Below, piece after piece: positions 36,489 through 47,112 of a stretch of 64,000 bases of DNA. A model generated the notes under the pieces. It did not search any database, was not told the origin of the DNA, and saw nothing but the letters and a program-made list of their open reading frames with translations. Source of the stretch: Chloroflexota bacterium (lineage in GTDB: Bacteria > Chloroflexota > Limnocylindria > Limnocylindrales > CSP1-4); assembly GCA_040752335.1 (NCBI GenBank), contig JBFMEV010000014.1, forward strand, positions 575-64,574. The letters are read 5' to 3'. Every line of letters starts with the position of its first letter. The first letter of the stretch is position 1. Both the position numbers and the translations under genes were made by a program.

Positions 36489-37901
36489 ATGGCAACGGTC
36501 TCGGACGCCGTTTCCGCCCCGGCCGCTGCGCCGGCAACTCCCGACCCCATCTCGAACCCGCCGGGCGACCTCGCCGCTCCCGGCCTGACCCCGGCCGGCG
36601 ATCTCGGCGCCCCCTTCACCCCGCCGGCCCTGCCCGAGCTGACCCGGCGCGGCTTCCTGCGCGGCGCCGCGATCACCGGCGGCGGCCTCATGGCCGCGAC
36701 CATCGCGGCCTGTGCGCCGGCGACCCCGACACCGGCCTGGACGTACGGCCCGGTCGCGACATCAGCGCCTGCCGGCTCACCGACGCCCATCCCGGCGACG
36801 CCCGGCCCGTCCGCCTCTGCCGCGGCCTCCGCCACCCCGGCGCCCGGGATCCCGGCCGGGTGGTCCGAGCACGACATCGCCGCCCGGAGGGTGATCCGTC
36901 GCTACGTCGGCAACCTCGCGCCGGCCCTTGAGGGGATCTTCGGCGGCGCGGCCTTCGCGAAGATCGCCGACATGCTCGCGGTCGACGAGGCCTACCCCGA
37001 GCTCCAGCTGAAGCCGGCCTTCGTCCAGGTTCCCCAGCTCGTCCTGAACGACGCCCTCCAGCCAGTGACTCCCGAGATCGACGGCGAGTGGAAGGTCTTC
37101 CGGCTCACCGTCGACGAGATCGAGCAGGCGATCGACGAGATGAAGGCCCCGATCGCGGCCCTCGGCTACAACAAGCAGACCCCCGGGCCCACGATCCGGG
37201 TCACCGAAGGCGACAAGGTCCGGGCGATCTTCACCAACAACCTGAAGGAGACGACCAGCGTCCACTTCCACGGCGTCGAGTTCGAGGACTTCTTCCAGGA
37301 CGGCGTCCCGTTCGTGACCCAGAAGCCCTTCGCCCCCGGCGAGGACTACACCTACGAGTTCACCGCCGGCCGCTCGGGCTCGATGATGTACCACTCCCAC
37401 CACAACGCGACGGACCAGGTCGGTCGGGGCCTCCTCGGCGCGTTCGTCATCGATCCGAAGAACCCGACCGAGGTCGACACGTTCGATCGCGACTACATCT
37501 GGATCTCGAACGACGTCCTCGGCGGCTTCACGATCAACGGCCACGGCTTCCCGGCCGTCGTGCCGATCCTGGCCGCCGTCGGCGAGAAGGTCCGGGTCCG
37601 GTTCATGAACGAGGGGATCATGTATCACCCGTTCCACAGTCACGGCTATCGCCAGCAGGTGGTGGCCCGGGACGGGTATCCGCTGGGTGCGGCCGCCTAC
37701 GGCGCCGACACGATCACCGTCGGACCGGGCGAGCGCTGGGACGTGAACATCGAAACCGACAGGCCCGGCCTGTGGGCCTTCCACTGCCACATCCTGCCCC
37801 ACGTCGAGGGTATCGACGGGATGTTCGGGATGGTCAATGTCCTGCTTGTCGTCCCGGAGAAAGCCCATGTCGACGCCATCGTCGCGGCGCTCCTGGCCTA
37901 G
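36489..37901 (+). CDS. Two-domain multicopper oxidase with twin-arginine (lipo)protein signal
   Basis: LTRRGFLRG...IAAC; HFHG, YHSHH, HPFHSHG, FHCHILPH..M; GGAGG before ATG 36489. Confidence 0.9.
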   Translation: MATVSDAVSAPAAAPATPDPISNPPGDLAAPGLTPAGDLGAPFTPPALPELTRRGFLRGAAITGGGLMAATIAACAPATPTPAWTYGPVATSAPAGSPTPIPATPGPSASAAASATPAPGIPAGWSEHDIAARRVIRRYVGNLAPALEGIFGGAAFAKIADMLAVDEAYPELQLKPAFVQVPQLVLNDALQPVTPEIDGEWKVFRLTVDEIEQAIDEMKAPIAALGYNKQTPGPTIRVTEGDKVRAIFTNNLKETTSVHFHGVEFEDFFQDGVPFVTQKPFAPGEDYTYEFTAGRSGSMMYHSHHNATDQVGRGLLGAFVIDPKNPTEVDTFDRDYIWISNDVLGGFTINGHGFPAVVPILAAVGEKVRVRFMNEGIMYHPFHSHGYRQQVVARDGYPLGAAAYGADTITVGPGERWDVNIETDRPGLWAFHCHILPHVEGIDGMFGMVNVLLVVPEKAHVDAIVAALLA

Positions 37902-38364
37902 GGTCGCCGCCCCCCGCCTGCTCCTCGTCACGATCCTCGCCGCCGGCCTTGGCGGCTGCTCCGGGGGCGCCTCCCCGACGCCGTCGGCCGGTGGCAGCGA
38001 GATCACCGTCACGAACGCGTCGTTCCGAGCGCCGACGGCACCCGGTGCCCCGGCCGCCGTGTACATGACGATCTCGAACGCCGGCGCCCAGGCCGACGCC
38101 CTGCTCGGCGCGTCGAGTCCCGACGCCGCCTCGGTCGAGCTCCACGAGACGTCGATGGACAGCTCGGGAATGATGGGGATGCATCCGATCGAGCGCCTGG
38201 ACATCCCCGCCAGTGGATCGGTCACGCTGGAGCCGGGTGGCTACCACTTCATGCTCATCGACCTGACGACCGAGGCGTTGATTGCCGGCGCGACGATTGA
38301 GCTGCGCCTCGACTTCGAGCGAGCCGGCGCCGTCGTCGTCGAGATCGTCACGCCCCAGGGCTGA
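37867..38364 (+). CDS. PCu(A)C family copper chaperone (lipoprotein)
   Basis: AVYMTISN, ELHET..MMGM, LEPGGYHFML; start approximate. Confidence 0.9.
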   Translation: MSTPSSRRSWPRVAAPRLLLVTILAAGLGGCSGGASPTPSAGGSEITVTNASFRAPTAPGAPAAVYMTISNAGAQADALLGASSPDAASVELHETSMDSSGMMGMHPIERLDIPASGSVTLEPGGYHFMLIDLTTEALIAGATIELRLDFERAGAVVVEIVTPQG

Positions 38365-38365
38365 T

Positions 38366-39943
38366 ATGCGCGCGCGGCCCGCCGTCCCCGGCCCGACCGT
38401 CGACGCCTCACCGTCGATGGATGGGGCGTTCCGGCTCGTCGTCGTGATGACCCTGGTCCTGGCCGTTGTCGTCGGTCTCGGTGTCGTGCGCGGTGCCGTC
38501 CGGCCGGCGGCGACGGCCGAGCCCAGTCCGACGGCCGTGACGCCGGCGTCGTACCTCTACCCGGACCCCCGCCCCGCCCCGGCGCTCGCCCTCGTCGACC
38601 AGGACGGGGAGGCGTTCTCCGCCGGCCGCTTCACCGGCGGCGCGTCCCTCGTGTTCTTCGGCTACACCCACTGCCCGGACGTTTGCCCGACGACGATCGG
38701 CACCCTCACCGAGGTCGCGGCGAGGTACGGCTCCGGGGTCCGGGTCGTCTTCGTCTCGGTCGACCCGGAGCGCGACACGGTCGAGTGGCTCGCGGACTAC
38801 GTTCGCTACCTGCCGGTCGGCTTCAGCGCCCTGACCGGCAGCCCGGCCCAGGTCCGAGCGGCGGCCGACGGCTGGGGCGTCCGCTACGCGAAGGTCGAGA
38901 CCGGGACCCCTGGCGAATACTCGATGTCCCACACTGCCGAGGTCTTCCTCGTGGACGGCGGCGGGATGCTGCGGGCCCATTTCCCATTCGGGACGGGTGC
39001 GGATGCGGTCGTGGCGACGCTCCTGCTCGTGGCCGGTGCGACGCCGCCTCCGGCCACCCCGATCGCCACGCCGGCTGGCGCCACACCTCCGCCGGCGCCC
39101 ACCGCCGATGTCGAGGCGCTCACGGTCGAGGTCGTCAGCTCGTCGATCTGGGCCGGCGGCTCCACCCCGGTCATCCTCGCCCTGTCCGGCCCCGACGGCC
39201 GCATCGACGATCTCGAGGCCACCGTCTCGGTTCGGGTCACCGCCGCCGACGGCGGCATGCTCGGCTCGCCGGGTGCCCCGGTCACGGCCACCGCCGTTCG
39301 TCCGCCGGGGGTCCCGGAGGTGTCATATGTCGCCGTCGTGGACCTGCCCTCTCCCGGCGCGTGGGGGCTGGCCGTGGAGGTGGTGAGCGGCGGCATCGCG
39401 CTCGCGGGCCGGACGTCTGTCGCGGCGCTTGATCCGGGCGCCACCGCCCGGCTCGGTGGCCGGGCGCCGGATGTCCGGACCCCGACCCTCGACGACGTCG
39501 GCGGCGTGGCCCTGCGCGTCACGACCGACCCACTCCCGAACCTCGACTTCTCGCGGACCTCGACGGTGGACGCCCTCGCCGAAAACGAGCCCTTCGTCTT
39601 CGTCGTCGACTCGATCCGGTTCAAGGTCACGCCGGCCTGCGGCAAGGCCCTGACCCTCGCCAAGTACCTGTCGTACCGCTGGCCGGACCTGACGTTCATC
39701 CACCTCGAGCCCTACGCCTACGACGTCGTCACCGACGCGCCCGTCCTCCGCGGCAGCCTGGAGGCGCCGGAGCTCGTCGCGGCGGCCGATGCCTGGGGAT
39801 TCGGGAGCGCGCCGTGGGGCGTGGGCTCGATGCCGTGGGTCTTCATCGTCGACGCCGGCGGCACCGTCGTCGCCAAGTACCAGGGCGTCGTCGGCAGCGA
39901 CGACATCGACGTCGTCGTCTCGATGCTCGCGGCTGGGCGCTGA
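38366..39943 (+). CDS. SCO/SenC protein fused to a long C-terminal extension (beta domain plus thioredoxin-like)
   Basis: [31 protein letters not shown]; extra about 280 aa ending [19 protein letters not shown]. Confidence 0.85.
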   Translation: MRARPAVPGPTVDASPSMDGAFRLVVVMTLVLAVVVGLGVVRGAVRPAATAEPSPTAVTPASYLYPDPRPAPALALVDQDGEAFSAGRFTGGASLVFFGYTHCPDVCPTTIGTLTEVAARYGSGVRVVFVSVDPERDTVEWLADYVRYLPVGFSALTGSPAQVRAAADGWGVRYAKVETGTPGEYSMSHTAEVFLVDGGGMLRAHFPFGTGADAVVATLLLVAGATPPPATPIATPAGATPPPAPTADVEALTVEVVSSSIWAGGSTPVILALSGPDGRIDDLEATVSVRVTAADGGMLGSPGAPVTATAVRPPGVPEVSYVAVVDLPSPGAWGLAVEVVSGGIALAGRTSVAALDPGATARLGGRAPDVRTPTLDDVGGVALRVTTDPLPNLDFSRTSTVDALAENEPFVFVVDSIRFKVTPACGKALTLAKYLSYRWPDLTFIHLEPYAYDVVTDAPVLRGSLEAPELVAAADAWGFGSAPWGVGSMPWVFIVDAGGTVVAKYQGVVGSDDIDVVVSMLAAGR

Positions 39944-39968
39944 CCCGTCGCGGTGTAGCATCGAAGCG

Positions 39969-41207
39969 ATGACCTCGATGAACGCCCCGGCCGGCCCCAA
40001 CGGCCACGTCTACATCGTCTCCGCCGCCCGCACCCCGATCGGCAAGTTCGGCGGCGCGCTGTCCGGAACCCCGGCCGTGGAGCTCGGCGCGGTCGCGATC
40101 GGCGCCGCCGTGGAGCGCGGCCTGCCGCCCGACGCCCGGATCGACGAGGTCCTCATGGGCCAGGTCCTCCAGGCCGGCGCCGGCCAGGCACCGGCCCGCC
40201 AGGCGCTCCTCCGGGCTGGCCTCCCGGACACGACCCCGGCGACGACGATCAACCGGGTCTGCGGCTCGGGCCTCAAGGCGATCATGCTGGCCGCGGCCGA
40301 GATCAAGGCCGGCGACGCCGAGATCGTCGTGGCCGGCGGCATGGAATCCATGAACCAGGCCCCGTACCTCGTCCCCGGCGCCCGGTTCGGGCTCCGCCTC
40401 GGCGACGCGGTGCTCGTCGACGCGACCGTCCACGACGGGCTGTGGTGCTCGGTCGAGGCCTGCCACATGGGCACCCACGCCGAGCGCGTGGCGATCTCGA
40501 ACGCGGTCAGTCGCGAGGACCAGGACGCCTTCGCCCTCGAGAGCCATCGCCGGGCCGCTGCCGCCATCGACGCCGGCCGGTTCACCGACGAGATGGCCCC
40601 GGTGACGCTCCGGGCGAAGGGCGGGGAGACCGTCGTCGACGTCGACGAGAGCCCTCGACGGGACACGTCCATGGAGGCGCTCGCCCGCCTGAAGCCTGTC
40701 TTCGACCTGCCGACCGGCGAGGACCGCGGCGAGGCCACGACGGGCACCGTGACCGCCGGCAACGCCCCGGGCATCACCGACGGCGCGGCGGCGACCGTCG
40801 TCGCGACTGAGCGTGCGGTGGAGCGCCACGGCCTCAAGCCCCTCGCCCGGCTCGTGGGCTATGCCCAGGCCGAGGTCGCTCCGAAGTGGCTGTTCCTCGC
40901 CCCGGTCGAGGGTGTCCGGCGGCTCCTCGAGAAGACCGGCCTGGCGATCGAGGACTTCGATCTCATCGAGATCAACGAAGCGTTCGCGGCCCAGACCCTG
41001 GCCGATGGCCGGGAGCTCGGCTTCGACTGGTCGAAGGTCAACGTCAACGGCGGCGCGATCGCCCTGGGCCACCCGATCGGAGCGTCGGGCGCCCGGATCG
41101 TCGCCACGCTCCTCCACGAGCTCCGCCGCCGCGGCGGCCGGTATGGGCTGGCGACGCTGTGCCTCGGCGGCGGCGGCTCGGTCGCTGCGGCCTTCGAGCG
41201 GGTGTAG
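39969..41207 (+). CDS. Acetyl-CoA C-acetyltransferase (thiolase)
   Basis: [49 protein letters not shown]. Confidence 0.96.
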   Translation: MTSMNAPAGPNGHVYIVSAARTPIGKFGGALSGTPAVELGAVAIGAAVERGLPPDARIDEVLMGQVLQAGAGQAPARQALLRAGLPDTTPATTINRVCGSGLKAIMLAAAEIKAGDAEIVVAGGMESMNQAPYLVPGARFGLRLGDAVLVDATVHDGLWCSVEACHMGTHAERVAISNAVSREDQDAFALESHRRAAAAIDAGRFTDEMAPVTLRAKGGETVVDVDESPRRDTSMEALARLKPVFDLPTGEDRGEATTGTVTAGNAPGITDGAAATVVATERAVERHGLKPLARLVGYAQAEVAPKWLFLAPVEGVRRLLEKTGLAIEDFDLIEINEAFAAQTLADGRELGFDWSKVNVNGGAIALGHPIGASGARIVATLLHELRRRGGRYGLATLCLGGGGSVAAAFERV

Positions 41208-41269
41208 GCTGGGCCTCCACCGTGCGGCCCGCTCCCGGGCCCATGCGCCCCAGCCGGCAGGAGGTTCCC

Positions 41270-41665
41270 GTGAACGACGACGAGATGGTCGCTCGGATCA
41301 CCGAGCTGTTCGCCAGTGGCGACATGGAGACGTTCGGCAAGGAGCTGTACGGCCTCACCGCCGACGACGTGGTCCTCGAGTACCCGCAGTCGGGTGAGCG
41401 GTTCCGCGGCCGCGACAGGATCATGCAGATGAACATGTCGTACCAGGGAAGCACCGGGACGGCCCCGACCGCGTCCCTGCGACGGATCCTCAAGCCGGGC
41501 CAGGCATGGGTCATCGAGAGCACCATCGACTACGGCGACGGGACGCCGGTCAGCGCGATCTCGCTCATCGAGTTCGGTTCGGACGGCAAGGTCATCCGCC
41601 AGACCGACTACTTCGCCAACCCGTTCCCGGCCCCGGACTGGCGCAAGCTCTACCGCGAGGCGTAG
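41270..41665 (+). CDS. SnoaL/NTF2-like protein
   Basis: DDVVLEYPQSGERFRGRD; AGGAGG before GTG. Confidence 0.85.
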   Translation: MNDDEMVARITELFASGDMETFGKELYGLTADDVVLEYPQSGERFRGRDRIMQMNMSYQGSTGTAPTASLRRILKPGQAWVIESTIDYGDGTPVSAISLIEFGSDGKVIRQTDYFANPFPAPDWRKLYREA

Positions 41666-41740
41666 GGTCACGTTGTCGCGGCGGCCTCGTGGCCGCGGCA
41701 CGCCCACGCGGCGACGAAGCGTCCCGGGGAGGTCGAACCC

Positions 41741-41923
41741 ATGGATCGCGCTGATAACCAGGTCGACGTGAGCTACCCGGTGACCCTGACCGCGTCCGAG
41801 CTCGATCTCGTTCGAACGGCCCTGGAGATGCTCGAGGACACGCTCGGCCGCGAGGAGGCGGACGAGCTCGAGGAGGTCCAGGGCCTGCTTCGGCGCCTGC
41901 CGCACAGCCGCCCTTCGAGCTGA
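41741..41923 (+). CDS. Small hypothetical protein (60 aa)
   Basis: GGAGG before ATG; acidic helical sequence that fills the operon gap. Confidence 0.65.
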   Translation: MDRADNQVDVSYPVTLTASELDLVRTALEMLEDTLGREEADELEEVQGLLRRLPHSRPSS

Positions 41924-41935
41924 GGATCGGCCAGC

Positions 41936-42895
41936 GTGCGCGTCGCAGTCTTCGGCGCCGGCGCGGTCGGGGCCCATCTCGGGGCCCGCTTTGCCGCGGC
42001 CCGGGCGGACGTCCACCTCATCGCCCGGGGCGCCCATCTGGCGGTCCTCCGGTCGAAGGGCCTGACCCTCATCGCCCCTGACGGCGTTACGACTCACGAC
42101 GTCTGGGCGACCGACGACCCGGCCTCGATCGGACCGGTGGACCTCGTCCTGTTCTGCGTGAAGTCGTACGACACCGAGGCCGCGGCCGCCCGGCTCTCGC
42201 CGCTCATCGGCCCGCGGACGGCCGTGCTGTCGATCCAGAACGGGGTCGACAACGAGCCGAAGATCGCCGCGGCGATCGGGGCCGAGCATGTCCTCGGCGC
42301 CGCGGTCTACGTCATCGCCGCGATCGAATCGCCGGGCGTCGTCCGGACCGGGCCGGCCCGGATGGTCGTCGGCGAGCTGGAGCCAGGACCGCCGAGCCGG
42401 CGGGTGACCGAGATCGTCGAGCTCGCCCGGACCGGCGGCATCGATGCCTCCGCCGCATCCGATGTCCGGGTCGCGAAGTGGGAGAAGTACACGGTCCTCG
42501 TGGCGTTCTCGGCGATGAGCGCCGCGACCCAGCTGACGGTCGGCGACCTTCGCCCCGCCCCGGCCGCAATCGAGATGCTCCGCGCGATCATGACCGAGGC
42601 CTGGACGGTCGGGCGTCGGCTCGGCGTGCCGCTGGCCGACGACCTCGTCGAGCGGCAGGTGACGCTCCTGCTGTCGCAGGCCGATGGCGCCGGGGCATCG
42701 CTCCGTCACGACCTCCAGACCGGCCACCGGATGGAGCTCGAGGCCCTCCAGGGCACCTTGAAGCGGCTCGGCCGCGAAACTGGCGTCCCGACGCCATTCA
42801 CCGACGCCGTCTACGCGATCCTCCAGCCGTGGGCGATCCGCAACGAGCGCGGCGCCTCGGTCGCGCCACCGACTGTGCCCGGCGCCACCAAATAG
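41936..42895 (+). CDS. panE: 2-dehydropantoate 2-reductase
   Basis: FGAGAVG, CVKSYD, IQNG, KWEK, SLRHDL..G..MELEAL. Confidence 0.9.
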   Translation: MRVAVFGAGAVGAHLGARFAAARADVHLIARGAHLAVLRSKGLTLIAPDGVTTHDVWATDDPASIGPVDLVLFCVKSYDTEAAAARLSPLIGPRTAVLSIQNGVDNEPKIAAAIGAEHVLGAAVYVIAAIESPGVVRTGPARMVVGELEPGPPSRRVTEIVELARTGGIDASAASDVRVAKWEKYTVLVAFSAMSAATQLTVGDLRPAPAAIEMLRAIMTEAWTVGRRLGVPLADDLVERQVTLLLSQADGAGASLRHDLQTGHRMELEALQGTLKRLGRETGVPTPFTDAVYAILQPWAIRNERGASVAPPTVPGATK

Positions 42896-43169
42896 CGGCC
42901 CGCGACGCGGGACAACTGGACAGACTTCGGCCCCAGCGGCCGTACGCACGGCGGCAGCCCGCTGAACCGGACTGACGCCGCTCCCAGCGGAGTTGGTCCA
43001 GGTTCGGCCGCGCCCACCACGCTCGGGTGCGCCGCCGGACGCGCGCCGGCACCGCGACATCATCCATAGCGCCGCCGGGGCCGTTGTTGGACAGGAAACC
43101 ACCGGGCGTGACGATGGTGCCGCGGCCGGGGAGACAGCGGCGGCGGACCGGCTGATTACACTGCCCGGC

Positions 43170-44705
43170 ATGAGCGAGACGATGGTTCAGCAGCCGGCCG
43201 GTCCGGCGCCGGCACCGCCCCCGGTGCATCGCCTGTTCATCGCCGGGGAGTGGGTCGAGGGCGTCACCGGCCAGACCTTCGAGAGCGTCAACCCTGCCGA
43301 CCGGCGCGACGTGATCGGGCGGTTCCAGGCGGGCACCAAGGCCGATGCGGCGATGGCGATCAAGGCCGCCGAGATGGCGTTCCCGGCCTGGCGCGCGACC
43401 CCGGCACCGAAGCGCGGCGAGATCCTCTATGCCTTCGCCGAGCTCATGGCCCGCCACAAGGAGCGCCTGGCCCGGGCGATGACCCGTGAGATGGGCAAGG
43501 TCCTCGCCGAGGCTCGGGGCGACGTCCAGGAAGGCATCGACATCGCCTACCTCATGGCCGGCGAGGGCCGCCGGATGTTCGGCGACACGGTGCCCAGTGA
43601 GCTGCCCGACAAGTGGGCGATGTCGATCCGCCAGCCGATCGGCGTCGCCGGGATCATCACCCCCTGGAACTTCCCGATTGCGATCCCGTGCTGGAAGATG
43701 ATGCCGGCCCTCGTGACCGGCAACACCGTCGTCTTCAAGCCGGCCAGCGACACGCCCCACTGCGCGACCCTCCTCGTCGAGCTCATGGCCGAGGCAGGCT
43801 TCCCGCCGGGGACGGTGAACCTCGTGACCGGCGGCGGGGCCGAGGTCGGCGACGCGATCGTCGAGTCGCCCGATGTCGCAGTGATCTCGTTCACCGGCCA
43901 CTCCTCGACCGGCAAGCGGATCGCCGAGCGGGCGGGACGGCGGCTGAAGCGGCTCAGCCTGGAGCTCGGCGGCAAGAACGGCGTCGTCGTCCTGCGCGAC
44001 GCCGACCTCGACCTCGCGACCGACGGGATCCTGTGGTCGGCCTTCGGGACCACCGGCCAACGCTGCACGGCCTGCTCGCGAGTCATCGTCGAGCGTCCGG
44101 TCGCGGAGCCGCTGCTCGAGCGGCTGGAGGCGCGGGCGCGGGCGCTGAAGCTCGGCTCGGGGCTCGACGAGACGGTCGACGTCGGCCCGCTCATCAATCC
44201 CGGCGCGGTCGAGAAGGTTGGCGGCTACATCGACGTCGGTCGAGCGGAGGGCGAGCTCGTCCTCGGCGGCACGCCGGCGACGACCGGCGACCTCGCGCAT
44301 GGGAGCTTCTTCGAGCCCACGATCTTCAGCGGCGTCAGGCCGATGGACCGGATCGGCCAGGAGGAGATCTTCGGCCCGGTCCTGTCCGTCATCCCGGTCG
44401 ACGACCTCGAGGCCGCGATCACGGCCCTCAACCAGACCCGCTACGGCCTGTCGGCCTCGATCTTCACCCGCGACGTGAACCTCGCCTTCCGGGCGATGCG
44501 CGACTTCGAGACCGGGATCGTCTACGTTAACGCCGGCACCACCGGCGCCGAGACGCATCTCCCGTTCGGCGGCTGGAAGGAGACCGGCAACGGCCACCGC
44601 GAGGCCGGCCACGCGGCCCTCGACACGTACACCGAGTGGAAGTCGATCTACGTCGACTTCAGCGGCCGCCTCCAGCGGGCACAGATAGACAACCAGCCGG
44701 ACTGA
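43170..44705 (+). CDS. Aldehyde dehydrogenase
   Basis: ITPWNFP, FKPAS, FTGH, LELGGKN, GQRCT, EEIFGPV; TACACT 7 nt before ATG. Confidence 0.95.
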   Translation: MSETMVQQPAGPAPAPPPVHRLFIAGEWVEGVTGQTFESVNPADRRDVIGRFQAGTKADAAMAIKAAEMAFPAWRATPAPKRGEILYAFAELMARHKERLARAMTREMGKVLAEARGDVQEGIDIAYLMAGEGRRMFGDTVPSELPDKWAMSIRQPIGVAGIITPWNFPIAIPCWKMMPALVTGNTVVFKPASDTPHCATLLVELMAEAGFPPGTVNLVTGGGAEVGDAIVESPDVAVISFTGHSSTGKRIAERAGRRLKRLSLELGGKNGVVVLRDADLDLATDGILWSAFGTTGQRCTACSRVIVERPVAEPLLERLEARARALKLGSGLDETVDVGPLINPGAVEKVGGYIDVGRAEGELVLGGTPATTGDLAHGSFFEPTIFSGVRPMDRIGQEEIFGPVLSVIPVDDLEAAITALNQTRYGLSASIFTRDVNLAFRAMRDFETGIVYVNAGTTGAETHLPFGGWKETGNGHREAGHAALDTYTEWKSIYVDFSGRLQRAQIDNQPD

Positions 44706-44729
44706 CCCGAGGCGCTAACCTCGGCCGCA

Positions 44730-44745
44730 TTCAGAGTCCTTTCAG
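44730..44745 (+). promoter_or_regulatory. OmpR-type direct repeat TTCAG-N6-TTCAG upstream of the response regulator
   Basis: TTCAG at 44730 and 44741; TGc-TACAAC at 44756. Confidence 0.65.
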
Positions 44746-44771
44746 AAACGGGTGCTACAACCCTCGGGCCG

Positions 44772-45488
44772 ATGCACCTCCTCGTGATCGAAGACGACCC
44801 CCGCCTCGGGCGCCAGCTCGTGCGCCTGCTGGCCGGCGATCGCCACGTCGTCGAGCTCGCGCCGACCGGCGGCGAGGGTCTCGATGTCATCGAGGCTGGA
44901 ACGCCGATCGACGTCCTCATCCTCGATCTCGGCCTGCCGGACATGTCCGGCCTGGAGGTCGCCCGGCGGCTGCGCCGGTCCGGGGCGTCGCTGCCGATCC
45001 TGATCCTGACCGCCCGTGACGCCATCGACGAGCGGGTTGCCGGCCTCGACGCCGGGGCCGACGACTACCTCGTGAAGCCGTTCGCCTACGCGGAGCTGGC
45101 GGCGCGGCTCCGGGCCCTGTCGCGCCGCGAGCCGCACCTCCGGCCCAACGGTAACCGCTGGACGTCCGGACCGATCGTCCTCGACGAGGCCCGCCGCGAG
45201 GTGACGGTCGACGGCCGGATCGTGGACCTCACCCGCCGCGAGTTCGGCCTCCTGGAGGCCCTCCTGCGCCATCCCGATCAGGTCCTGACCCGGGGCCAGC
45301 TCCTCGACCATGCCTGGCCGCTCGGGGTGGCGGTCACGCCGAACACGGTCGATGCCTACGTCGCGTTCCTGCGTCGCAAGCTGGGTCCGGTCGGGGGCGC
45401 CCGGATCGAGACCGCACGCGGCACCGGCTACCGCCTGGCCGGTGACGCCCGCCGGCCCGAGCCCACCGAGCCCGTCGCACTGCCATGA
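44772..45488 (+). CDS. OmpR/PhoB family response regulator
   Basis: IEDD, ILDLGLPD, LTARD, GADDYLVKPF, ETARGTGY. Confidence 0.96.
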   Translation: MHLLVIEDDPRLGRQLVRLLAGDRHVVELAPTGGEGLDVIEAGTPIDVLILDLGLPDMSGLEVARRLRRSGASLPILILTARDAIDERVAGLDAGADDYLVKPFAYAELAARLRALSRREPHLRPNGNRWTSGPIVLDEARREVTVDGRIVDLTRREFGLLEALLRHPDQVLTRGQLLDHAWPLGVAVTPNTVDAYVAFLRRKLGPVGGARIETARGTGYRLAGDARRPEPTEPVALP

Positions 45489-46816
45489 CCAGGCCAACCC
45501 GCGAGAGCCGGCTCCTCCGCGACACGCGGATCCGGCTCCTCGCCTGGAGCGGCGGCTCGACCCTCGTCGTCCTCGCCGCCCTCGGCCTGGCCCTCAACGT
45601 CGCCGTGTCGACCTCCCTCTCGACAGCCGCCGAGGCAAAGCTCCGCGAGCGGGCCGCGTTCATGCAGTCGTTCGTCGAGCGTGGCCCGATCACCCTCCCA
45701 CCGGGCGTCCCGTCCGGCGGGCCCATCGCCACGGTCCCCTCGGACGTCGGCTTCGTCATCGGCGGGGCGACGTCCGGGACCGCCGCGGTCATCCTCGGCT
45801 CCAACGTCCCGGCCATCGAGGGCAGCCGAGCCGAGGCCCTCGGCTCGGTCGGGCTGCCGGACCAGGCGGGCTACGAGGCGGCGCTCGCCGGCGAGACGAC
45901 GATCCGCGAGGTCGAGGTCAACGACATCCCAGGCCGGATCCTCAGTGTCCCCCTCGTCCTTGGCGGCGAGACGTTTGTCGTCCAGGTCTTCGCTGACCGG
46001 GTCGCCGAGGAGGAGACCCTCGCAACGCTACGCAGCGTTCTGACGCTCGGCGGGCTCGCCGTCCTTGCCGCCGCCCTCGCCGTCGGCTGGTTCTACGCCG
46101 GGCGGGCGCTCGTTCCGATCCGCCACTCGCTGGCCCGCCAGCGCGAGTTCGCCGCGGATGCCAGCCACGAGCTCCGGACCCCGCTGGCGATCGTCAGGTC
46201 GGGCGTCGAGGAGCTGCGCCAGGCTGCGGTCGGCTCGCCCGACCCGCCGCATCCGGCGATCGACGACATCGAGGCCGGGGCGACCCGGCTGGGCTCCCTC
46301 GTGGACGACCTGCTGTTTCTGGCCCGGGCGGATTCCGGGGCCCTCGTCCTGGAACGGGCCGCGGTCGACCTCGGCGAGGTCGTGGCCGACGCCCTAGCCG
46401 AGCTGGCCGGGATGGCCCAGGCCGCCGGGGTCCGGCTGTCGCTGGCGGCCGCACCGACCCTCGTGACCGGTGACGCCCGACGCCTCGCTCAACTGACGGC
46501 GATCCTCGTCGACAACGCCATCCGCCACGGCCGGCCGGGCGGGACCGTCGAGGTTTCGGTCGGGGCGATCGAGGGCCAGGGCCAGGCTGAGCTGATCGTG
46601 GCCGACAACGGTCCCGGCATCCCGGCAGCCGAGCTGGCACACGTCTTCGATCGCTTCTGGCGAGCCCGGAACGCGCCCTCCGGCGGGACCGGCCTGGGCC
46701 TCGCGATCGCGACCTGGATCGTCGAGGGCCATGGCGGCACGATCGAGGCAGCCAACCGGCCGGAGGGCGGGGCCCGGTTCGTCGCCCGGCTGCCCCTCCG
46801 ACGCGGCGGCGACTGA
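45485..46816 (+). CDS. Membrane sensor histidine kinase
   Basis: Two TM segments, DASHELRTPL, LVDNAIRH, DNGPGI, FDRFWR, GTGLGL; no obvious full HAMP domain. Confidence 0.95.
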   Translation: MTRPTRESRLLRDTRIRLLAWSGGSTLVVLAALGLALNVAVSTSLSTAAEAKLRERAAFMQSFVERGPITLPPGVPSGGPIATVPSDVGFVIGGATSGTAAVILGSNVPAIEGSRAEALGSVGLPDQAGYEAALAGETTIREVEVNDIPGRILSVPLVLGGETFVVQVFADRVAEEETLATLRSVLTLGGLAVLAAALAVGWFYAGRALVPIRHSLARQREFAADASHELRTPLAIVRSGVEELRQAAVGSPDPPHPAIDDIEAGATRLGSLVDDLLFLARADSGALVLERAAVDLGEVVADALAELAGMAQAAGVRLSLAAAPTLVTGDARRLAQLTAILVDNAIRHGRPGGTVEVSVGAIEGQGQAELIVADNGPGIPAAELAHVFDRFWRARNAPSGGTGLGLAIATWIVEGHGGTIEAANRPEGGARFVARLPLRRGGD

Positions 46817-47037
46817 GGTCAGCGCGCGCCTCGCAGTCCAATAAGCCCGTCGGTCCGCTATGAGCGTGGCTCATCGGCTCCCACGCACGCGTGCTCGGCC
46901 GTTCGCCACCGCAGCCGATTTGCCCATGCCTGGCGCACCGGCCGAGCGCGGGACCCTCCCGGTTGATGAACCAGCCTCACAACGCCAGCGCCCGGCGTTG
47001 CGCGGGTCGCGGCGACGAGGGACGGCCTGGCCAGAAC

Positions 47038-47053
47038 TTCAGAAAGCCTTCAG
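47038..47053 (+). promoter_or_regulatory. OmpR-type direct repeat TTCAG-N6-TTCAG upstream of the exporter operon
   Basis: TTCAG at 47038 and 47049; TATCAC at 47065. Confidence 0.65.
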
Positions 47054-47112
47054 GGAGCGGGCGGTATCACCGAGCCGCGCACAGTTCGCGCAGCGCTCTC
47101 GGAGGTTCACCC

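Noticed and set aside
42896-43169. Intergenic region with ATCATCCATAGCG and TGGAC/GTCCA words
   Set aside because: Superficial similarity to a SAM-I start and to MocR boxes; no consistent structure or spacing, and the downstream gene looks leaderless.
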